Part shown: positions 1 to 12,246 of the stretch, one piece after another
Position numbering within the stretch: the first letter of the stretch is position 1
Layout: the number at the start of each line of letters is the position of its first letter
Source: Utricularia gibba
Taxonomy: Eukaryota > Plantae > Magnoliophyta
DNA: 64,000 bases
NCBI GenBank assembly: GCA_002189035.1
Contig: NEEC01000010.1
Coordinates: 1,364,001 to 1,428,000 of the forward strand
Reading direction: 5' to 3'
Made by a program: the position numbers and the translations under genes
The notes under the pieces: generated by a model
Databases searched by the model: none
The model's input: only the letters and a program-made list of their open reading frames with translations
What the model was told of the DNA's origin: nothing

Positions 1-907
1 TCTTAAAAATGATTAATAATATTTTTAATTATTTATTTTAAAATACCTTATTTTGGTCTTCCCATCATTTTTGATCATGTTACGCTACTGCCCTATATTT
101 AGATATTATGTAATAATTAATTTGCATATTTTTGTATTATATAACTTGTTCTTTACGGTAATAGTCAAAGTCAATGAAATGTGTTATTCAATATTTATGT
201 AAATGATGAAGAACAATGTCTTCCATGAGTAAAAAAATAAAAAAAAAAAACAATAAATTAGATGACAAACAAAAATAGTGAAAAAAAAAAACGAGCAATG
301 CATGCTTTGGAAGTGGAGTTCAAAAGCTGGATGCAGCATGAATTTTATGATTGAAGTCAGAATCATGCAGTCGAATAAGGATAAAATTATTGTTAGGGAT
401 TTTCACAAGTTTAAAATTCGAGAATGAAATAATAAATTATTAAAAAAATGATGTAATTTTGTAATTTAAGATAAAATTGTAGCAAAATGAACTATTACTA
501 CATGACAAATTTCCAAACCAAGAAATAAATATGGAAAGTAATGCATTTTTCCCTCAAAAAATTAAAAAAAATGAGAAAAAAATTCATTATATTTTATAAA
601 CACAGCAGCATTGCTTTGTGGTAGTGAGATGGGATACATGTACCACATAAAATTCACAAACACAATATCAAATGCTCCTCCCTCAGGTTCACAGACTCTG
701 AACCAGGAATCTGTTTGGCCCACTCTCACCCGCCTGTGAATAAACAAAAATCTAAGCTTTATCCCTTCGATTCCCCGCTTCTCCAATTGCATGAGATGTT
801 GAAATCTAAGCCAGCCAATCAGAGCTCGAGGAGCTTTCTCACAAGATAAAACAGCTATTCTTCGCATGCCAAGGAAGCATAGCCTCTCAGTGGTGTTAAC
901 CCCTTTC

Positions 908-917
908 GACACGTGTC
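908..917. promoter_or_regulatory. Palindromic G-box (GACACGTGTC, core CACGTG) in the CHLH promoter
   Basis: CACGTG at 910-915, about 220 bp upstream of the CHLH ATG; a CCAAT (~815) and an AGATAA (~843) lie just upstream. Typical light/ABA-responsive elements; function is inferred only. Confidence 0.45.
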
Positions 918-1133
918 TCTCTTCCTCTCCACTAACGAGTGGAGCCAACTTTGCTGCTTCACTTCATTTCCATTGCACCCCATCTGAGGAATATAAGTGA
1001 AAACTGGGAGCACTTCTCCGTTGAAAGCTTCGTGTTGAAGCACCACGAATTTTGCTAACCCAGATTCTTGGGTTGTGTTTGATCCTATTGTTTTAGGATT
1101 TATTCAGACCTTGCTTGTTTTTTTTTTTGAGCT

Positions 1134-4100
1134 ATGGCTTCCTTGGTTTCATCACCATTTACTCTTTCAAACCCAAAAGTTGAGCATCTTTCATCGCTTT
1201 CTCAGAAGCATTACTTTCTGCACTCGTTTCTTCCCAAGAAATTCGGTGGAAACATCAAGCAAGCATCCCAAAGCTTCAAATGTGCTGCAATTGGAAATGG
1301 TTTGTTCACTCAAACCTCGCCGGAAGTTCGGAGAATATTACCGGAGAAATCAAGGGGACTCCCCACTGTGAAGGTTGTGTATGTTGTACTGGAAGCACAG
1401 TATCAGTCCTCACTCACAGCTGCAGTTCAGTCCCTCAACAGCAAAGGGGAGTTTGCGTCGTTTGAAGTTGTGGGCTATTTAGTTGAGGAGCTTAGAGATG
1501 AAAATACCTATAAAGCTTTCTGTAAAGATCTTGAAGATGCCAATATCTTTATTGGGTCATTGATTTTTGTGGAGGAATTAGCCTTGAAAATAAAGGCAGC
1601 TGTGGAGAAAGAAAGGGAGAGGCTTAACGCAGTTCTTGTTTTCCCATCAATGCCTGAGGTGATGAGGCTTAACAAATTGGGTTCTTTTAGTATGGCTCAG
1701 CTCGGACAGTCAAAGAGCCCATTTTTCCAGATGTTCAAGAAGAAGAACAAGTCATCTGCTGGTTTTGCTGACAGCATGCTAAAGCTTGTAAGAACTCTCC
1801 CTAAGGTTTTGAAGTATTTGCCAAGTGATAAGGCTCAAGATGCCAGATTGTATATCCTCAGCTTGCAGTTTTGGCTCGGAGGCTCGCCGGATAATCTTAC
1901 CAACTTCCTGAAGATGATTTCGGGGAATTATGTTCCTGCATTGAAATCAACGAAAGTTGAGTATTCCGATCCAGTTTTGTACTTGGATACAGGAATTTGG
2001 CACCCTTTGGCTCCTTGTATGTATGATGATGTTAAAGAATACCTCAACTGGTATGCCATCAGAAAGGATACAAATCAGCAGCTCAAGAGTCCGAATGCTC
2101 CTGTGATTGGACTTGTTCTACAGCGTAGCCATATAGTTACTGGAGATGAAAGCCATTATGTGGCTGTGATTATGGAGCTGGAAGCCAGAGGAGCAAAAGT
2201 TATTCCAATTTTCGCTGGTGGGCTTGATTTTTCAGGGCCTGTTGAGAAGTTCTTTATTGATCCAGTGACCAAGAAACCGATGATAAACTCCGTGGTGTCG
2301 CTCACCGGCTTCGCTCTCGTTGGTGGACCTGCAAGACAAGATCACCCCAGGGCTATTGAGGCCTTGATGAAGCTTGATGTGCCTTATATTGTAGCATTAC
2401 CTTTGGTGTTCCAAACCACAGAGGAGTGGCTTAATAGCACATTGGGGCTCCACCCTATTCAGGTCGCTCTGCAAGTAGCTCTCCCTGAGCTCGATGGTGG
2501 CATGGAACCAATAGTTTTCTCTGGCCGGGATCCAAGAACAGGCAAGTCTGAACTACGTTTCAGTTTCTCACTTCCCATTTTGCTACTTGTTGAGAAAACT
2601 TCCAGCATTCATCGACTCATTCTTCCATCAAAATATTACAGGTAAGTCACATGCTCTTCACAAAAGGGTGGAACAACTCTGCACCAGAGCTATCAAGTGG
2701 GCCGAGCTCAAAAGAAAAACAAAGGTACATTTGTGTTGGTGACTTTGCTGGAAAAATCATGGAACTAGCAAAAGAGAATTGGAAAAGTGTTTGTTTTGAA
2801 GTTTTTGGATGATTTGATCAGTAGCATACTTAAAGGTAAAGCTGATATGTTAACAAGTCTTGAACTTGAACAATTTCAGGAGGAGAAGAGGCTAGCTATC
2901 ACTGTATTCAGTTTCCCTCCGGACAAAGGCAATGTAGGAACTGCTGCATACCTCAATGTGTTTGCCTCCATCCACTCCGTTTTGAAAGATCTCAAGAATG
3001 ATGGGTACAACGTAGAGGGCCTTCCAGAAAACGCAGAGGCATTAATTGAAGACGTTATTCATGATAAAGAAGCTCAATTTAACAGTCCAAATCTCAACGT
3101 TGCATACAAAATGGGAGTGAAGGAGTACCAGAAACTGACTCCTTACGCCACTGCTCTTGAGGAGAACTGGGGTAAGCCCCCTGGTAACTTGAATTCTGAT
3201 GGAGAACATCTTCTGGTTTATGGGAAGCAATACGGGAATGTGTTCATCGGCGTTCAACCAACCTTTGGCTACGAGGGAGATCCAATGAGGCTTCTATTCT
3301 CCAAATCAGCAAGTCCACATCATGGATTTGCTGCTTACTATTCATACGTTGAGAAAATCTTCAAAGCTGATGCTGTACTGCACTTTGGCACACACGGTTC
3401 TCTTGAGTTCATGCCTGGGAAACAGGTGGGCATGAGTGATGCTTGTTATCCTGATAGTCTGATCGGAAACATCCCAATGTCTACTACTATGCAGCTAACA
3501 ATCCATCAGAGGCCACCGTTGCTAAACGTCGTAGTTATGCAAATACTATCAGCTACTTGACTCCTCCTGCTGAAAATGCTGGTCTGTACAAGGGGCTTAA
3601 GCAGTTGAGCGAACTGATCTCTTCATACCAGTCTCTGAAAGACACCGGGCGAGGAGCCCAAATTGTGAGCTCTATCATAAGCACAGCCCGGCAATGCAAT
3701 CTTGACAAGGATGTTGATCTTCCTGAGGAAGGAGTGGAAATCTCAGCCAGAGAGAGAGACCTTGTTGTGGGAAAGGTGTATTCCAAGCTTATGGAGATAG
3801 AATCACGATTACTCCCCTGTGGACTTCATGTCATTGGAGAGCCTCCATCTGCCATGGAGGCAGTGGCCACCCTTGTCAACATAGCTGCCTTGGATCGCCC
3901 TGAAGAGGGCATTTTATCTCTTCCGAGTATATTGGCGGAGACAGTGGGCAGAGAGATTGAAGATGTCTACAGGGGAAGCGATAAGGGAATTCTTCGTGAT
4001 GTTGAGCTACTCAGGCAGATAACCGAGGCATCACGAGGGTCGATCACTTCATTTGTGGAACAAACCAGCAACAAGAAAGGCCAAGTTGTCGATGTTGCCG

Positions 4101-5701
4101 ACAAGTTGTCAAAAATGATCGGATTTGGAATCAACGAGCCATGGATTCAGTACCTCTCCGACACAAAATTCTATCGCGCTGACAGGGGGAAACTGAGGAC
4201 TTTGTTCCAGTTCTTGGGAGAATGCCTGAAGCTAGTTGTGGCTGATAATGAATTAGGAAGCCTGAAGCAGGCACTTGGAGGGAAGTACGTCGAGCCAGGC
4301 CCTGGAGGCGATCCTATTCGAAATCCAAAAGTCTTGCCAACAGGTAAGAACATTCATGCACTTGACCCACAGGCGATTCCTACTGCAGCAGCCTTGCAAA
4401 GTGCAAAGATTGTCGTTGAGAGGCTGCTCGAGAGGCAGAAGTCCGAAAACGGAGGCAAATACCCAGAGACTGTGGCTCTTGTGCTGTGGGGAACTGATAA
4501 CATCAAGACATATGGAGAGTCACTTGCTCAGGTCATGTGGATGCTAGGAGTTACACCAGTTGCAGACACTTTAGGACGTGTGAACCGTGTCGAGGCCGTG
4601 AGCCTCGAAGAGCTTGGAAGGCCCAGAATTGATGTAGTTGTGAACTGCTCTGGTGTGTTCAGAGACCTCTTCATCAACCAGGCAATGCTTCTTCCCCAAA
4701 CTTCCATCGAAGACAAACATTCATAAATAGTCCATGCTCTGAAGTTCATGTTTTCTGATTTTCAGATGAATCTTCTTGACCGGGCTGTGAAGATGGTAGC
4801 TGAGCTGGATGAGCCAGAGGATCAGAACTTCGTGAGGAAGCATGCCTTGGAGCAAGCAAAAGAATTAGGCGTCGAAGTTCGTGAAGCTGCAACAAGAATC
4901 TTTTCAAACGCCTCCGGCTCTTACTCCTCAAACATCAACCTTGCTGTGGAAAATTCTTCATGGAACGATGAAAAGCAGCTACAAGACATGTACCTCAGTC
5001 GTAAGTCATTTGCATTCGACTGCGATGCTCCAGGTGCAGGCATGACGGAGAGGAGGAAGATTTTCGAAATGGCTCTCAGCACCGCTGATGCCACCTTCCA
5101 AAATCTTGATTCCTCAGAGATATCCCTCACGGATGTCAGCCATTACTTCGACTCGGATCCGACCAACCTTGTACAGAACCTGCGTAAGGATGGCAAGAAG
5201 CCTAATGCTTACATTGCTGACACCACCACAGCCAATGCACAGGTTAGCTCCCACATTCCAAATCTGATCATGAGAACTATTGCTTCTAGATACAGTTTAG
5301 TGAGGCCGGTTTCGTGGATCCAGGTTCGGACACTCTCCGAGACCGTCCGTCTTGATGCAAGAACAAAGCTTCTTAATCCCAAATGGTACGAGGGGATGCT
5401 GTCAAGTGGGTATGAAGGGGTGCGTGAGATCGAGAAGCGCCTTACAAACACGGTTGGATGGAGTGCAACTTCAGGGCAAGTAGACAGCTGGGTGTACGAG
5501 GAAGCCAACACAACTTTCATTGAAGATGAGCAGATGCTGAAGAGGCTGATGGATACGAATCCCAATTCATTCAGGAAGCTGGTGCAGACTTTCTTGGAGG
5601 CCAACGGAAGAGGATACTGGGAGACATCCGCTGAGAACATAGAGAGGTTAAGGCAGCTTTACTCGGAGGTTGAAGACAAGATTGAAGGAATTGACCGCTG
5701 A
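1134..5701 (+). CDS. CHLH: Magnesium chelatase subunit H (GUN5/ABAR), chloroplast-targeted
   Basis: Ser-rich transit peptide followed by CHLH motifs ([51 protein letters not shown]-terminal DKIEGIDR). Exons 1134-2541, 2642-2724, 2880-4681, 4766-5242, 5324-5701. Introns 1 and 3 are GC-AG. There is an apparent 1-bp deletion at ~3473-3477 ([17 protein letters not shown] continues in the -1 frame). Confidence 0.97.
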
Positions 5702-7407
5702 TTCTTACCCCTGTAAAGCAAACTACTGATTCTGTGCTGAGCTGAGCTATGCTGCTGTAATAAATTCTTTCACATAAATGGGAATCTTTCCAATGTACAA
5801 ATTACACTGGACTTGCCAATCATGCCAGGTGAAGAAAAAACATTAGCCTTGAAGACAAAGACCCCACGGCCATGCAGTCTGACTCCACCGCCGTGGCGCG
5901 TTGTAGCTTTTGTAGATGCTTCATAAAAGGTTTGTAGATGGATTTTTGCGTCTGAACATGGAGCATATGAGGATAGCTGAAGCGATCGTAGCCGCAACGA
6001 GAGATGGGAAAGGGGAAATGCCTCTGCGGTCAATGTGGCTGCTTGCCTTGACCTCCTCTTGTGTGCCAAACCATCTTCATCTTTTGAGAGCGATTCCCGT
6101 TGCATAACAAGAGAAATGTGGACCTTGTTCCTGACTCTGAGGAGGGGGATCTTGATTCTTAGGGTTCGTCTTGACTTCAGGCTCCTCTCAAGATTCATAA
6201 GAATCTGGTAAACCGCACACTCCGATCGTTAAGCGAAACTGGAATCCTTCGATATCTGAACGAAAACAGTGAAGAAGATGTCTATCCGATTATCTAGACA
6301 GGCTGGGAGTCATGGAGGCTGTGGTTTTATTAGACCCAGCAACTGCAGAAGCTCTCCATATTCTAGAGGAACCATCCAGCACCTCTTGAAGCGGTTAGCG
6401 ATAACCAGGGGAGTGGGGTGCAGCTGTGTGTGGCATTTTACAAGGACTACAATACTGATGTTGTGCTTCCAGCAAATGGGTCGTGTGTTACAGGAATTAA
6501 AATTCCTGGTGTTGCGTTGTCTTCTTGTATTACATTTTGCATTACAGTGGATTTTTCCGGTCAGGAGATTTCCCAGTTCTGTTGGGTTTTACCTGGTCAA
6601 TTGATTGAGAATTATTGTGCGAGTTCAACAATTGGAAGGACTTGAGATATAGACTCTGCTGCTGCATAGGAGCGGTTTTTCTAGGTGCTAATTCCTACAA
6701 ACAGGAGACCGCAACAAGCAGAGTGGATGGGAGAAAACTTGGAAATCGGAGACTATCAGAGTTGCAATACTGTTTTGTGGTGTGAGCAGTAAAAGCAGAT
6801 GACTTGTTAAGCCAAGCCCACCCAATCTATCGTGACAATATCAGTGATGCATTTTTTTTTTTTTTTTTGCATCTTCAGTAGCAACTTGTGCTGGTCTTCC
6901 AGCAGATGGGCGCCACTCATTCAAAGAATGGAGAGCATCAAGAAGACTTGGAAAAAGTATACGTGGTGTGCTTCAGGGTGCCACTCTTACACGGCAAGTT
7001 TTTTTCCATATTGAAAGTTGAATTACATCGCATGAATTTTGTTTTTGTGTGGGCAGTTTCCAATCGAGGGAGAATTATTCAGAAGAATTTTCCAAAACGC
7101 GTAGAAGTTTTCTATTTTGTGGGCACGGTGTGAGTCAAATTTATTTTATTTTCATTTCATGCGTAATGCTGTTTTAATGCCTTGGTAGGGGCTTGCCCTA
7201 AATACTCTATTAAAAAAATGGAACATTTGACCAGGTATTATGTTTCCTTATACGGACTGACTCTATATAAACCTGTGGCAGGTCAACTTGCTGCAGATGA
7301 TAAATGCCTTGAGCTTTAACACGCTCATTCATGAAGCTGAAGTCAAATCCTTCGCAACTCTGTCCTTTCCAAGATTCTTAATACTCCAGGATTGCTGGCT
7401 GTCCATC

Positions 7408-10319
7408 ATGATTCTGCAGATACCATCATCATCATCTAAAATTCTTAATCGGTTCATTTGTTTTGCGGCTCTTCTATCAAGCATCTTTGTTGTAGCAAAC
7501 TCAAGGGTACATGTAGGTGTGTTAGTTGATAACACTTCTCGCATCGGAATGGAGATCCGGACTGGAGCAAAAGTAGCTGCCCAGGGATTGTTCTATCTTG
7601 ATTATCTGGATCCTGGGGATGGCGACTCTCTGCAAATTGCTCGTGCAGGTAATGATAAGCTCTCTGTTTTACAGATTTCTGTTTCGGATTTTCTGTGTTG
7701 ACAATGTGAAAAGAGAGGTTGTTTTTGCAGCTGAATTCCTTGTCAAGGAAAAGGGAGTGGAAGCTATAGTTGGGATGACAACATGGGAAGAAACAGCTTT
7801 GGTTGCAAGTGTTGGAAGTAGAGCAAAAGTACCAACCATTTCTTTCTCAGGGTCAGTAACTGGAAACCATATGCAAAACCAGTGGCCATTTCTGGTGCAG
7901 ATGGTTCCAGACATGAAGATGCAAATCAAGTGCATTGCTGACATTGTTACTTCATTCCCATGGCGAAAAGTTGTGGTGATCTATGAAGTCGATTCTCATG
8001 GTAGTGATTCCGGTGCACTTGCAATGCTATCCGAGGGACTTTCAGTTTCTTCAGTCAACATTGATCATCATTTGGCTCTTCCACCTTATTCTTCTCTTTC
8101 TGATCCTGGAAGTTTTATTCGTAAGGAAGCTAGTGCTCTGCTTTCCAAGAAGTCAAGGGTGTATATTGTCTTAAAGACATCATTGGCATGGGGTGTTGTT
8201 CTATTCAAAGAAGCCAGGGAGCAAAGGCTGATGGATGAGCATTCTGCTTGGATAATATCCGACCCATTAGCTGGTTTATTAGATTCGATGTACATTTCTG
8301 AGAATTCCTCCCTGGAAGGTGCCCTTGGAGTGACATCCTTTTTCTCTGTGAAAAGCCGTCTGTATCAGCACTTCAAGCAGCAATTTAAAAGAGTTATCAG
8401 GGCAGATTACCCTGAAGAAGAAAATTCTGAGCCTGGAATTTATGCTTTACGTGCTTTCGACAGCATCATGGCAATGACAGAAGCTATAAGGAAAGCAAAT
8501 GGCAGCAGCATAAGCAATTCAACGGACCTTGTGACAAGGCTATTGTCCAGTAATTTCACAGGATTGAGTGGAGTTATTAGCTTTCAAGATGGAGAGCTAA
8601 CACAGCCATCAGTGATCAAGATTGTGAATGTTATTGGAAGAAAATATAGAGATTTGGGGTATTGGAAATCTGATCAAGGCTTTTCAAGAGTTCTTGATGA
8701 TGAAGGAAGCCCCTGGGAGAAAAAAATGAGCAAGTGGAGTGATTCAATACACTGGCCAGGGGAGTTGAAGGAGGTGCCCAAGGGGTGGTCTGTGCCTACT
8801 GAATCAAACCCTCTGATCATTGGGGTCCCTGGGAGGACAGTATTCGAAAAGTTTGTGAAAATTAGGACGAATCCACGCACAAACACTACAGTTTTTTCAG
8901 GGTATTGCATTGATATCTTTTATGAAGCATTACAAATTATGGAGAAAGAGAAGAACTATCGCCTCCCTCACAAATTCATTCCATTTTATGGCAGCTACGA
9001 TGAACTTGTAGAAAGTGTTGCAAACAAGGTAATGAAAAGAAAAAATGCATGCTACTCTAGACAGACAACTTTCTCTCATACTTCCTGGTCTCCTAAGCTA
9101 CTTCATGTGTTGCAGACATTTGATGCTGCTGTTGGAGACTTTACCATCCTGGCGAATCGCTCTTTAATCGTGGATTTCACTCAGCCATATGCAGATTCAG
9201 GGTTGACAATGGTTGTAACTGTGAAGTCACAGTCTCAGAATCAGGCATGGATATTTCTTCAGCCATTCACTGGTCACATGTGGGCAGTCACTGGTGGAAT
9301 GTTGTTCTACACAGTGCTTGTAGTTTGGCTGCTTGAGCGGCAAGATAATCCAGAATTCTCTGGCCCATGGTGGAGTCAGCTGAGCACTTCTGCTTGGTTC
9401 ACCTTTTGTTCCCTTTTTTTTGTTCACCGTAAGTTCAATCTCTGACCTCATCATTCCAACTCTCATTTCTTTATTCTTGTGATGAAACGTCTTCCGTGTT
9501 GCAGGGGAAAAGGTGCAGAACAATTACACTCGTGTGGTTGTACTAGCATGGCTCTTTGTAGTCTTGGCTGTAAACTCTAGCTACACCGCTAGCTTATCAT
9601 CTCTGCTTACAGTTCCTCGCCTCACACCATCTGTTCCAGACATGCAGTGGTTGAAGAATGAGAATAAAAACGTTGGCTGCGATGGTGACTCCTTTGTTTT
9701 GAAATACTTGGTTGATGTCTTCGATTTCAAACCTGAAAAAATCAAAAAGGTGGCAAGAGAGCAGGACTATCCAAAACAGCTTGAAAGTGACAACATCTCA
9801 GCTGCGTTTCTTGAACTCCCTTATCAAAAAGCCTTTTTCAGCATGCACTGCAAGGAATATACCATCGTGAAAAACAACTCGCATTTCACCGGAGACAGAT
9901 TCGGCGGACTAGGCTTTGTAAGTCATCCCTAAACCCGCTACATGCAATGCACATGTTGATCATCAAATTGTTAAGCATCTGGTTTCTTACGTTGGCTCCA
10001 GGTATTTCAGAAACAATCTCCATTTACTGATGACCTTTCCAGAGCCATTCTAACGTTATCAGAAAATGGCCGGTTGAAGCAACTGGAGCTTGACTACTTC
10101 TCACCATCCCCTGAATGCTCAAAACCTGATAATAACTACAGTTTAAACTGGTCGAGTTTCTGGGGGCTTTACCTCTTCTCTGCAGGGACCTCTACTATTT
10201 GTTACTTGATTTTTTCACTTCGCCAGATGCATCAACAGTGGCGCTGGCCACATTTGCTCATTCTCAACTTCAGATCCATCAACGATTGGATGCGAAATAA
10301 TCTCAGACAAATGGTGTAG
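7408..10319 (+). CDS. Glutamate receptor-like channel (GLR, clade II-like)
   Basis: Signal peptide, then ATD (VGVLVD..SRIG, VEAIVG), FDAAVGDFTILANRSLIVDFTQPY, SYTASLSSLLT and FGGLGFVFQKQSP. Exons 7408-7648, 7731-9028, 9116-9428, 9505-9917, 10002-10319, all GT-AG and joining in frame. Confidence 0.92.
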
Positions 10320-10533
10320 GAAAGGCTTACCGATCCCCATGCCTCATCCAACTCGAGAATTCTACACTGCTAGAGTTCCTGTAGTCATGTACTAATTACA
10401 AACGTCGCACTGTAACAAAATTCTTTTGTGTAGTACAGATTTTATCACCCATGAAACAGAAAAACTGTAGCATTCACCACCACAGCACAAGTTCACCAAG
10501 AAACCCCATGGCCACAGGCTGTTCAATAGGGTA

Positions 10534-10803
10534 GTTTATAAAACTATTCAAGCTATATTTCTCTCATACACTAAATACAAAAAATTATACATAGGATGAA
10601 TAATTTTTTCACGTAATTATTTAATGGTTATTTTTCAAAATCATCTTTTTCATTAAACTCGTTTATAAAACTATCCATATTATATTTCTCTCCAAATACT
10701 AAGCATAACAAATTTTATATAGAATGGATAGTTTTTTCACATAAATATTTGACAGCGATTATTTTTCAAAATCAACCAGTATAAATTTTATAAAACTATC
10801 CAT
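10534..10803. repeat. Diverged AT-rich tandem repeat, 127-bp unit, two copies plus the start of a third
   Basis: GTTTATAAAACTA starts at 10534 and 10661, and TTTATAAAACTA recurs at ~10787. Internal blocks TATATTTCTCTC, TTTTTTCAC and TTATTTTTCAAAATCA recur at the same offsets. Confidence 0.75.
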
Positions 10804-12246
10804 CCAATATTTATGTCACATACACTATAAGATTCATTTTGTCACTATGACATTCATTTGCGCATTAAAGCATGCACGAATTTCAAAAAGATAGAAGCTG
10901 GTTATCACGAAAAGCCTGCATAAATGAGCATCACTAAAGAGACTGCAGTTACTTCACAAATCAATCAATAGGTGACAGTCGACAAGTATTTCCTTGAGAA
11001 CGAATTCTGAAGAATCACTCTCGGGTTACCCGGCAGACTCACTTCTCCTTTAATTAAGAGGAGCAAAGAAGCATATGTACCACATTAATGCACCGTAGGC
11101 AATGCTCTAAGTTGCTGGTTTCACGAGAGTGCTTCTTCACATGCCACCGGAATTCATCCCCATCACCCTAATCCATGCCAACAAATATTCCATTTAGTGA
11201 CAAAAAGCTTCACTCAGTCATGCAATATATTTGGACCATCCTCTCTTCTAGCACGAGTTGTCATCCATCCAAAGTGATGGAAGATCACATCCCTCTCCTT
11301 TTCCCATGCTTGCTAACCGCAGCAAATGGGCCAGTTGATGAGGGAAGACTCGTAGGTTTGGTTTTGAGAAAGCATATGCACCGAAACCGAGAGAGAACAT
11401 AGGCCATTAACCATTCTTCTCGTCGCATGTGGGGCTCAACTGCACATGTAGTTGAGTGGACTAATCTTTCTGGAGCTGACAATACCCATGGCATTAAAGA
11501 CTAATGCCAGATGTGCTGAAAATCAAATCACAAGTTAGGATTCATATAGTTTGACTACATGTCTTCTATCACACAGAAGGTTCGAAAGACGGTCCGGGTA
11601 GCACCTCACTATTACCATAAACGATTCTACAAGACAAACAGCACCTTGGATTCTGTTGCTGGTGAGAGAGAAAGAGGAACCAAGTTAATATTCAAACGCC
11701 AGATTCCATAACAATTCATGCCCTTCACGTGTTTGCATGCAGTCATTTATGATTTATTGACATCAATTCCATAAACTTAAAAATAAGCATATTTTTAAAA
11801 CCACGATCTCAGCACCAGCTTCACTTCGTGGTCACAAGTTTCTACAGTAACGACAAAGGTTTCAGCAGTGATAATGAGTACCTTGAGCTCTGAGGTATGA
11901 TTTCGTTTGCTTTTCTACTAGGAGATTAAACTAGACCATTCTGCAGATGAGTGGCTAAGTATGACTTATTAAGTAAACAAGCAACAGAAAAAAGGAGTCA
12001 AAAAAGAAGATGAGAGATTTTGTTGGCATGTGACCTGAAGCAGCACGAGTATTCATTCATTCAGTAGGAGCAAGTCACTAAAATCTCGGTGAACTAACGG
12101 TCAGATGTGTGTGTTTCTTCATAAACTTCTTCCAAACGTGAAGACATTTACACCTAGCAAGGCTCTTCTTGAAAGCTTCATCAAGTTCCTTGCTATAAAA
12201 CACCACTCTGCTGTCAAAGAAAAGGTAACATGTATGCTTTACCTTC

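Noticed and set aside
184-1046. Short minus-strand ORFs upstream of CHLH
   Set aside because: Low-complexity or promoter sequence with no recognisable domains; chance ORFs.
3460-3490. Programmed ribosomal frameshift as an explanation of the CHLH frame break
   Set aside because: No slippery heptamer or downstream structure; three other genes show the same single-base homopolymer loss, pointing to consensus error.
1075-5640. Overlapping alternative-frame and antisense ORFs within CHLH (and similarly within GLR, DREB2F, GT61, GDSL and LPAAT)
   Set aside because: Shadows of real coding sequence; no independent start context or homology.
6846-6873. GATGCA-T16-TGCATC hairpin as a terminator or miRNA precursor
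   Set aside because: Only a 6-bp stem around a poly-T tract; better read as a polypyrimidine tract.
11175-11494. ORFs upstream of DREB2F
   Set aside because: No recognisable motif; I recognised no conserved miRNA sequence either.
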